Positions 54,882-64,000 of a DNA stretch of 64,000 nucleotides are shown here, one piece after another. The notes under the pieces were generated by a model that worked only from the letters and a program-made list of their open reading frames with translations, had not been told where the DNA came from and ran no database searches. The DNA is from Minisyncoccota bacterium. GTDB taxonomy: Bacteria > Patescibacteriota > Minisyncoccia > Phycocordibacterales > Phycocordibacteraceae. Position numbers and translations under genes: made by a program. Position 1 is the first letter of the stretch. Each line of letters begins with the position of its first letter. The stretch is taken from positions 523,509 to 587,508 of the forward strand of contig DASPLI010000001.1 of the NCBI GenBank assembly GCA_035627655.1, written 5' to 3'.

Positions 54882-55658
54882 ATGGCTGTTGAGCAGCACG
54901 CAGCTGAGGCTACCGAACACGCAAGCGCCATTCACGTGGTCTTGAAGGCTGAGCCGATCTTCTCCATTGGCGGTTTTGACATCACCAATGCGCTCCTGTT
55001 GACCTGGATCACCATGGCCGTGCTCGTGCTCTTTGCGTATTTCTTCGGTAAGTCTCTGAAGGTCGTACCGGGGAAGTTGCAAGCAGGAATCGAATGGGCG
55101 TTTGAAGGCGTGCTTTCGTTTATGGAAGAAACACTCGGGAGTCGTGCGCTTGCCGAGCGATTCTTCCCGCTCATCGCTACCATCTTCCTTTTTGTATTCA
55201 TTGCAAACGAGCTTGCGTTTATTCCGGGCGTTGGTTCGCTTATGGTCGGCGACGTCCCGCTGTTTCGCGCGCCCGCAGCAGACCTTAACTTCACACTAGC
55301 GCTTGCCATCATCTCGTTTTTGACGATTGAAGTCACCGGTATCCTCACCCTCGGTCTTTTGAAGTACGGAGGGAAATTTGTTAATCTGAAATCACCGGTT
55401 GATTTTGCGGTCGGTATTATCGAGCTTATCTCGAACCTGGGACGGCTCATCTCGTTCTCCTTCCGTCTCTTCGGAAACATCTTTGCAGGGGAGGTGATGA
55501 TTCTGGTCGCCATCTTTTTCCTGCCCTACGTCCTTCCCGTGCCGCTTATGGCATTTGAAGTGTTCGTAGGCCTTATCCAGGCGGTCGTGTTCTCGATGCT
55601 GACCCTGTTCTTTATCAAGCTGGCGATCATGGAACCGCACGGGGAGGAAGCGCATTAG
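54882..55658 (+). CDS. atpB: F0F1 ATP synthase subunit a
   Basis: conserved R in LISFSFRLFGNIFAGE; five TM. Confidence 0.85.
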   Translation: MAVEQHAAEATEHASAIHVVLKAEPIFSIGGFDITNALLLTWITMAVLVLFAYFFGKSLKVVPGKLQAGIEWAFEGVLSFMEETLGSRALAERFFPLIATIFLFVFIANELAFIPGVGSLMVGDVPLFRAPAADLNFTLALAIISFLTIEVTGILTLGLLKYGGKFVNLKSPVDFAVGIIELISNLGRLISFSFRLFGNIFAGEVMILVAIFFLPYVLPVPLMAFEVFVGLIQAVVFSMLTLFFIKLAIMEPHGEEAH

Positions 55659-55715
55659 CGCTTTTACTCCGTGCGGCTCCGGGATGGAGCATTTAGCAAA
55701 CCTTTAATTACCTCT

Positions 55716-55943
55716 ATGGAAGTAGAAGCAGCAACACAGCTTGGTATGGCGATTGCCGCGGCACTCGGCGTTCTTGGTCCGGGTATCGGCATCGGTATTA
55801 TCGGCGGCAACGCAATGCAGGCAATCGGTCGCAATCCGGAAGCATCCGGCAAGATCGTTTCGAACATGATTCTCGCAATCGTGTTCACCGAAGCACTCGG
55901 TATTCTTGCACTCGTGGTCGCGTTCATCATTAAGTTCGTCTAA
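55716..55943 (+). CDS. atpE: ATP synthase subunit c
   Basis: GIGIGIIGGNAMQAIGRNPE and the conserved carboxylate helix. Confidence 0.85.
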   Translation: MEVEAATQLGMAIAAALGVLGPGIGIGIIGGNAMQAIGRNPEASGKIVSNMILAIVFTEALGILALVVAFIIKFV

Positions 55944-55945
55944 CA

Positions 55946-56392
55946 ATGGAAGGGCTTGTCGGTGCATTCGGTCTTGATTGGAAACTCCTGCTCGTGCAGG
56001 TGGTCAACTTCGCTATCCTGATCCTCCTGCTCCGACAATTCCTCTATAAGCCAGTCGTGAAGATTCTCGCTGAGCGCCGGGCACTGGTCGCCAAGGGGGT
56101 TGAAGAAGCGAAGGCTGCGGAAGAGAAGCTTGCAGTTGCTGATACTGAGGCGGCAGCAAAGGTTCGTTCCGCATCCGAAGAGGCAGAAGGCATTGTTGCT
56201 GCTGCTCGCGATACAGCTACCGAAGAGCGTCAGCGCATCATTAAAGAAGCCGAAGCGCGCGCTGAGGCAGCTCTCAAGGACGCGGAGGCACGCGCAAAAG
56301 AGGCATCTGCAAAGGCACTTCGCGAAAGTGAGAAGGAAGTTGCACGGTTGGCCGTTCTTGCTGCAGAAAAGGTGCTCCGTAAACGCGCATGA
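55946..56392 (+). CDS. atpF: ATP synthase subunit b
   Basis: N-terminal TM plus a long Ala/Glu-rich coiled coil. Confidence 0.75.
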   Translation: MEGLVGAFGLDWKLLLVQVVNFAILILLLRQFLYKPVVKILAERRALVAKGVEEAKAAEEKLAVADTEAAAKVRSASEEAEGIVAAARDTATEERQRIIKEAEARAEAALKDAEARAKEASAKALRESEKEVARLAVLAAEKVLRKRA

Positions 56393-56760
56393 TGGACACC
56401 TATACACGGGTGCTTGAGATTGCTGCGGAGACGGCAGACGAAGCTGTTGCAGAAACTGCCGTTACGAAGCTCATAACACACCTGAAGAGCGCAGGCCGGG
56501 AGAAACTGCTGCCGTCTATTGCTGCAGAGCTACGAAAGATCGCTGCTCGCCGACGCGCCCTTCGTCCGGTTGTCGAGGTTGCTCATGCGGACGATGAGCG
56601 TGCGGCGCTTCTGGAAGCGAAAGAAGCGGGAATCGATGCGAGACATGCAGTGGTGAATCCGTCGCTCATTTCCGGATGGCGCGGACGAACGGGTAGCGTA
56701 CTCGTGGATCGAAGCGGAAAGCGTGCGCTTATAGATATTTATCGGAATGTTACGTCGTAA
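56389..56760 (+). CDS. atpH: ATP synthase subunit delta (short, 123 aa)
   Basis: operon position between atpF and atpA; OSCP-like C-terminal block. Confidence 0.55.
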   Translation: MMDTYTRVLEIAAETADEAVAETAVTKLITHLKSAGREKLLPSIAAELRKIAARRRALRPVVEVAHADDERAALLEAKEAGIDARHAVVNPSLISGWRGRTGSVLVDRSGKRALIDIYRNVTS

Positions 56761-56763
56761 GGT

Positions 56764-58311
56764 ATGGAGAGCATCATCAAACGAATCGAAAAAGAGCTCG
56801 AGTCGTTCGCACCGGCAGCCGGTGCGGAGGAGACGGGCATCGTGCGTGCGACCGGCGACGGTATCGCTGAAATCGACGGCCTCACCAGTGCCGTGCTTTC
56901 AGAAATGGTGCTCTTTGATCCCACCTTCGACCGCACGCTTGAAGACGCGCTTAAAGATCCTGAACCGATTTTCGGTCTTCTCCTGAACCTCGAAGAAGAC
57001 GGTGTGCGTGCCGCAGTCCTTGGCGATGCTTCTAAGGTATACGAGGGTATGTTGGTACGCCGTCTTGGTCGCCTCCTTTCCATCCCAGTAGGCGATTCTC
57101 TTATCGGTCGTGTCGTAAACCCGCTTGGCGAAGCAGTAGACGGCAAGGGTCCAACCGGCGCAACCAAGCAAGTTCCAATCGAACGCGAGGCGTATGGCGT
57201 TATCGATCGCGCACCAGTGAACACGCCGCTCCATACCGGCATCAAGGCTATCGACGCCATGATTCCAATTGGTCGTGGACAGCGCGAACTTATTATCGGT
57301 GACCGTGGTACGGGAAAGACGACGATTGCGATTGATACCATCCTCAACCAGAAGTCAGAGTCCCCAGAGACTCGCCCTATCTGTATTTACGTTGCAATCG
57401 GTCAGAAGGAATCGAAGACGGCAAAGATCGTTGCCGAACTCGAAGAGAAGGGAGCAATGGAGTACACGATTGTCGTAACGGCCCCCGCTTCGTCGCCGGC
57501 AGCCTTCCAGTTCCTTGCACCGTTTGCCGGAGCGGCAATCGGCGAACACTTCATGGAGGCAGGAAAGGATGCGCTCGTTATATACGACGATCTTTCAAAG
57601 CAGGCAGTTGCGTATCGCCAGCTCTCACTCCTTCTTCGCCGTCCGCCAGGCCGCGAAGCGTATCCGGGAGACATCTTCTACCTCCACTCACGCTTGCTTG
57701 AGCGCGCTGCAAAGCTTTCCAAAGAGCGCGGCGGGGGCTCATTGACCGCACTTCCGATCATTGAGACCCAGGAAGGTGATGTGTCTGCCTACATTCCGAC
57801 AAACGTAATCTCTATTACGGACGGTCAGATCTTCCTCTTGGCAGACCTCTTCAATAAGGGTATGCGCCCAGCAATCGACGTTGGTATTTCCGTGTCTCGC
57901 GTGGGTTCTTCTGCGCAGACGAAGGCCATGAAGAAAGTGTCCGGCAAAATCAAGCTTGAACTTGCACAGTTCCGCGAACTTGAAGCGTTCATGCAGTTCG
58001 CCTCAGACCTTGATGAGGAAACCAAAAAGCGCATCGATGCTGGTCGTCGAATGACGGAAGTGCTCAAGCAGCCGGATGGAAAGCCACTGCCGTTTGAGCT
58101 TGAAGCAGCGATCATCTTTGCTGCCACCAACGGCTACTTCGACTCATTTGCGCCAGAAGAGACGAGTGCCGTCGAACGAAAGCTTCAGGACTTCTTGGTT
58201 CGCGAAGCGGGTGATGTGCTCGGTGCTATTCGCGAGAAGCGCGAAATCACGGAGGAAACCGAAAGGTTGTATCGCGAGCTTCTTGAGAAGTTCGTCGAGC
58301 GAAGCAAATAA
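56764..58311 (+). CDS. atpA: ATP synthase subunit alpha
   Basis: GDRGTGKT Walker A and full alpha-subunit length. Confidence 0.95.
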   Translation: MESIIKRIEKELESFAPAAGAEETGIVRATGDGIAEIDGLTSAVLSEMVLFDPTFDRTLEDALKDPEPIFGLLLNLEEDGVRAAVLGDASKVYEGMLVRRLGRLLSIPVGDSLIGRVVNPLGEAVDGKGPTGATKQVPIEREAYGVIDRAPVNTPLHTGIKAIDAMIPIGRGQRELIIGDRGTGKTTIAIDTILNQKSESPETRPICIYVAIGQKESKTAKIVAELEEKGAMEYTIVVTAPASSPAAFQFLAPFAGAAIGEHFMEAGKDALVIYDDLSKQAVAYRQLSLLLRRPPGREAYPGDIFYLHSRLLERAAKLSKERGGGSLTALPIIETQEGDVSAYIPTNVISITDGQIFLLADLFNKGMRPAIDVGISVSRVGSSAQTKAMKKVSGKIKLELAQFRELEAFMQFASDLDEETKKRIDAGRRMTEVLKQPDGKPLPFELEAAIIFAATNGYFDSFAPEETSAVERKLQDFLVREAGDVLGAIREKREITEETERLYRELLEKFVERSK

Positions 58312-58313
58312 GC

Positions 58314-60596
<2,283 letters not shown>

Positions 60597-60597
<1 letters not shown>

Positions 60598-60845
60598 TGG
60601 CACGCGCCTTCCACCTCACGATTGCGAAAGTCGGCGAAACCCTCTTTGACGGGCCGATTCAGTCCGTAACCTTGCCGGGGAAAGAAGGTGTTTTTACGGT
60701 TCTTGCTGGCCATGAACCCTTCGTCTCAGAGTTGGGGGAGGGAGAGGCGATTGTCGTTGGAGAAACTGGTGAAAAGGCCACTTTCCCGCTTTCTGGAGGC
60801 GGCATAGCCGAGGTTTCAAGCGGCCAAGCCACGGTATTGTTATAA
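60597..60845 (+). CDS. atpC: ATP synthase subunit epsilon (82 aa, beta-sandwich only)
   Basis: operon position; overlaps the atpD stop. Confidence 0.75.
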
Positions 60846-60908
60846 ATGGGGTAGGTGTGTTATAGTGCTTTCGGAAGTACCACCTGCATCCAGAAAGGAG
60901 CAACCCTC

Positions 60909-61526
60909 GTGTTTTCAACGTCTCGTACGGGGAGACGTCCGGTAAGCGCCATCTTCGTTGATACGCCCAATATCGTCACTCCCAAGTGGCCTGCGGCGAT
61001 CGACTGGAAGCGACTTGCGCAAGGATTTCTTGACGACAAAGTGCTCGTCGGAACTGATGTTATCCACGCTGCCGCGTACGCCAAATCGTCGTCTGACGCT
61101 ACTGGCGCCGCAAATTGGATCGACCGGACGTTCAAAACGTTTGGTCACCATCTCTCGTACGTTACCGACTCTGATGTCACCGTCATGGCCCGATTCGACA
61201 AAGATATCGACGCCTTGATCATCAATGACATTTGGAAGTCGACGTTAGCGCACGAACGCTCGGTACTTGCGGACAAGGGCACACCCTATCCGCTCCATGT
61301 ACGTCACGTGCTGGTCTCGGGAGATGGCGACTATCATGCCACCTATCAAGACCTGCTCGAGGTGTATAAAGGGCAGCTGGAACTCGAAGTCATCGTGTAT
61401 GCGTGGAAAGACTCGCTGCACTCGAAACTTGCTGAGTTCGCTACTGAAGTGCACTATCTGGAAGATCTCGGACCAGGGCTCATGCGGCCCCGGAAACCCC
61501 AGGAAATATTGATCGCCGCCTCGTGA
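60909..61526 (+). CDS. NYN/LabA-like domain protein (GTG start)
   Basis: AIFVDTPNI and LVSGDGDY motifs; AAAGGAG RBS before the GTG. Confidence 0.55.
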   Translation: MFSTSRTGRRPVSAIFVDTPNIVTPKWPAAIDWKRLAQGFLDDKVLVGTDVIHAAAYAKSSSDATGAANWIDRTFKTFGHHLSYVTDSDVTVMARFDKDIDALIINDIWKSTLAHERSVLADKGTPYPLHVRHVLVSGDGDYHATYQDLLEVYKGQLELEVIVYAWKDSLHSKLAEFATEVHYLEDLGPGLMRPRKPQEILIAAS

Positions 61527-61565
61527 GTCTGCTTCGGCAGAACTCCGAGGCGGCGCCTCATTTTA

Positions 61566-61811
61566 ATGCTATACTCCTCCGCAATGAAGAACTTTCTTCT
61601 TCGCCAGGTGGCGAAAATGAAATTAAAGAACCTTCCCGAAGGACAACGGGAACAGATTTTAGGGATGCTTGAGAAAGACCCCGAGCTTATGCGCAAGATC
61701 GGCGAGGAAATTGATCGCCGCGTGAAGAAGGGTGGTGAAAGCCAGGTCAAGGCGACCCTTGAAGTGATGAAAAAATACCGCACAGAGCTCGCAGCATTGA
61801 TGCAGGACTAA
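61566..61811 (+). CDS. hypothetical small protein
   Basis: 81 aa, charged and helical. Confidence 0.3.
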   Translation: MLYSSAMKNFLLRQVAKMKLKNLPEGQREQILGMLEKDPELMRKIGEEIDRRVKKGGESQVKATLEVMKKYRTELAALMQD

Positions 61812-61813
61812 CC

Positions 61814-62401
61814 ATGAAGGTCTATATCCTGATGGGTAATCCGAACGCAGACGGGACGCTCACCAATGCGTTTGCGGACGCGTATCAGGCGGCAGCGGAA
61901 GCTGCAGGACATGAGGTGCGACGGGCAAATGTGGGCGATCTTGCATTCGATCCTATTTTGCATAAGGGATATCGCGCGATTCAGGAACTTGAGCCAGATC
62001 TTTTGACGGTGCAGCAGGATATCAAGTGGTGCGACCACTTCGTGCTTCTGTATCCGCTCTGGTGGTCTTCTGCGCCATCACTTTTGAAAGGTCTGGTGGA
62101 CCGCATGTGGCTTCCTGGATTCGCGTTTCGTTTTATCAAGGGACCTGACGGCAAGTCTACCCTCGGCTGGCACAAGCTCCTCAAGGGTAAGACAGCGCGC
62201 GTTATTGTGCTGCTGAAGAACCATCCGCTTCTTGAGCGCTTTATGTATGGCGACTACACAGCAGAGATCGCAAACGCCGTACTCGGCTTCTCTGGTTTTC
62301 GCGTCAAGATTACGGAAATAGGAAACTCGGAAGGTCTATCAGAATCTGCCAAGGCAGGTTGGATGCGAAAGATTGCAGCATTTGGACGTGCAGCACGATA
62401 G
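61814..62401 (+). CDS. flavodoxin-like fold NAD(P)H-dependent oxidoreductase (Flavodoxin_2 family)
   Basis: MKVYILMGNPNADGTLTNAFADAY N-terminus and WWSSAPSLLKG block. Confidence 0.75.
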   Translation: MKVYILMGNPNADGTLTNAFADAYQAAAEAAGHEVRRANVGDLAFDPILHKGYRAIQELEPDLLTVQQDIKWCDHFVLLYPLWWSSAPSLLKGLVDRMWLPGFAFRFIKGPDGKSTLGWHKLLKGKTARVIVLLKNHPLLERFMYGDYTAEIANAVLGFSGFRVKITEIGNSEGLSESAKAGWMRKIAAFGRAAR

Positions 62402-62440
62402 GAGCGTGCTAAGGTAAATCAGAGAATCGGAGTACCTTCC

Positions 62441-62749
62441 ATGCCCGTACATCTCAAGCGCCTGCTTGGGGTTATCGTTGTGGTGAGTCTTGGATCGCTA
62501 CTGCTAAGCGCTTCAAGTGTCCCGCAGCTTCCGGCAATTACTTTGGAAGCGCACGCACAGACGACTCCCGAGTCTTCGCTCGAAGCAGAAGCGCGCGAAG
62601 CGCTGCTGCATTTTGCGCGCCAAGGATATGCGCGACACTGTCGCCATCTCCTGGAAGACAATCCGAATTTTCAGGGAGCTTCTCTGGAGATTCAGGAACG
62701 AGTCATCGCTGACTGCGTCGCATCACAACGAACACCTGTAGGCCTTTAA
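62441..62749 (+). CDS. secreted hypothetical protein
   Basis: signal peptide; 102 aa. Confidence 0.35.
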   Translation: MPVHLKRLLGVIVVVSLGSLLLSASSVPQLPAITLEAHAQTTPESSLEAEAREALLHFARQGYARHCRHLLEDNPNFQGASLEIQERVIADCVASQRTPVGL

Positions 62750-62866
62750 GCGCCCATAGCCAGTCGGTTATGGGCGCTTCATCATAGACTCACGGCAAAC
62801 ACGTACGCTCCTTGACAGGACCGTCACTGCCAGGAAATATGGCCGAGGGCGGGAAGGAGGTGATGT

Positions 62867-63172
62867 ATGAAAACCTTCCCAGTGGGACTGGCCACGATGG
62901 TGGCCTCGTTCCTTGCTTCACTCGTGATCTACGTCGTGGTGTGCGCGGAACCAGTTGCGCACCCGATTACGCATGAGACGGCCGAGCTGGTTTCAGCTCA
63001 AGGCCTGACCATGTCGATGGTAGATCCCGTTCAAGAAGCGACTGCGTTCTTTCGACCTGCCGCGCTTCGGCGGCTGTGTGAGGAATATTACGAAGAGCGA
63101 AAACAATACTCGAGTACACCTCCGCGCGAGGAGTACGTGAGAATGTGTCTCGAACTGCAACGTCGACACTGA
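62867..63172 (+). CDS. membrane-anchored hypothetical protein
   Basis: N-terminal TM; 101 aa. Confidence 0.35.
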   Translation: MKTFPVGLATMVASFLASLVIYVVVCAEPVAHPITHETAELVSAQGLTMSMVDPVQEATAFFRPAALRRLCEEYYEERKQYSSTPPREEYVRMCLELQRRH

Positions 63173-63178
63173 CGTTCG

Positions 63179-63211
63179 AGCCCGCGGCCCCCTCCGCGGG
63201 CTCTTTGTTTT
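63179..63211 (+). terminator. rho-independent terminator (AGCCCGCGG-CCCCCT-CCGCGGGCT + TTTGTTTT)
   Basis: 9-bp GC stem plus T-run. Confidence 0.7.
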
Positions 63212-63238
63212 AAGCGGACTTTCCGCTATGGTGGTGGG

Positions 63239-64000
63239 ATGTTGAAGATTGGTATCGTGGGACTCCCCAACGTCGGCAAGTCGACGCTTTTTAATGCGCT
63301 TACGAAAGCGGCGGTTCCCGCTGAAAACTATCCCTTTTGTACGATCGATCCTTCGGTCGGCGTTGTTGGCGTTCCGGATGAACGCCTGGGGAAGCTCGCA
63401 GTATTCTCAGGATCCGAGAAGGTTGTTCCCGCCGCAATTGAATTCGTGGATATTGCCGGCCTCGTAAAGGGAGCTTCGGAGGGCGAAGGGTTGGGGAATC
63501 AGTTCCTGTCGCATATCCGTGAAGTGGACGCCATTTTGGAAATGGTTCGCTTCTTCGACGATCCGGATATTACCCACGTGCATGGGGAAGTGGATCCGGT
63601 TCGAGACATTGAGGTTATCAACCTCGAACTCGTGCTCGCAGACCGCGAGCAGGTCGGCAAGCGCCGCGAAAAACTTGTTCGCGATATCCGCGCAGGCCTC
63701 AAAGAAGCTGTTGCAGAGGAAGCTGTGCTCGTAAAGATTGAACAGGCTCTCAATGCCGGACATCTTGCACGCACGGTTTCTCTAACGCCTGAAGAGCAGA
63801 AGCTCGTAAAGCACCTAAACCTCCTCACTCTGAAGCCGATTCTGTACTGCTTCAACGGCAAGGCAGGTGGCCACAATCTCACCGAGCTCAATGATGGACG
63901 GGCAGAGCGGGCATATGAATATGTTGAGTCGCTTGGCGGCCGCTACGTGCATGTGGATGCACGAACCGAGCACGAGCTCAATGATGTCGCCGAAGGAGAC
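63239..64000 (+). CDS. ychF: redox-regulated ATPase YchF (Obg-like), 3'-partial at the window end
   Basis: MLKIGIVGLPNVGKSTLFNALT, DIAGLVKGAS; open to the window edge, so absent from the ORF track. Confidence 0.85.
   Translation, partial: MLKIGIVGLPNVGKSTLFNALTKAAVPAENYPFCTIDPSVGVVGVPDERLGKLAVFSGSEKVVPAAIEFVDIAGLVKGASEGEGLGNQFLSHIREVDAILEMVRFFDDPDITHVHGEVDPVRDIEVINLELVLADREQVGKRREKLVRDIRAGLKEAVAEEAVLVKIEQALNAGHLARTVSLTPEEQKLVKHLNLLTLKPILYCFNGKAGGHNLTELNDGRAERAYEYVESLGGRYVHVDARTEHELNDVAEGD

Noticed and set aside
54932-55513. 193-aa minus-strand ORF
   Set aside because: It is antisense to atpB.

Overview
This window looks like a compact bacterial chromosome segment of about 55% GC. My inference from gene content is a Patescibacteria/CPR-like (possibly Saccharibacteria-like) organism: the ATP synthase delta and epsilon subunits are shortened, UvrC is short, most tRNA genes lack an encoded CCA, and many promoters abut start codons. 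I cannot confirm the lineage without searches.

Housekeeping blocks:
- rsgA and an ABC-F ATPase.
- rdgB, a Pif1-like helicase, a purC-like gene, an FKBP isomerase and tgt.
- uvrB, uvrA and uvrC with ddl and a pterin dehydratase; a cyclopropane-fatty-acid synthase and lexA.
- A complete atpBEFHAGDC operon and a 5'-partial ychF at the window end.
- Six tRNA genes: three tRNA-Ala isoacceptors, tRNA-Val, and two near-identical tRNA-Pro differing in anticodon.

Accessory and uncharacterised content is interleaved:
- A five-gene minus-strand exopolysaccharide operon (14487-20514): NDP-sugar dehydrogenase, a hyaluronan/chitin-synthase-like GT2, a NodB deacetylase, bracketed by two paralogous secreted proteins.
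- Two adjacent secreted repeat proteins sharing an internal repeat module (10714-14237).
- A soluble TraD/VirD4-like ATPase with a ~450 aa N-terminal extension (26148-28877).
- An AT-rich islet (1161-4720) with a P-loop gene fragment, a truncated Nudix gene, a possible MNT/HEPN-like pair, small membrane proteins and two divergent PhnB-like paralogs.
- A ~25-nt intergenic motif recurring at least seven times in the first 5.2 kb, placed just upstream of -10 hexamers that sit 6-7 nt before start codons (apparent leaderless promoters).
- A candidate SOS operator at lexA that shares sequence with the uvrA and uvrB upstream regions.

No rRNA, CRISPR array or intact mobile element was seen. Coordinates follow the supplied ORF track, with start codons adjusted where the sequence supports it. 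All family assignments rest on motifs I read in the translations, not on database searches.
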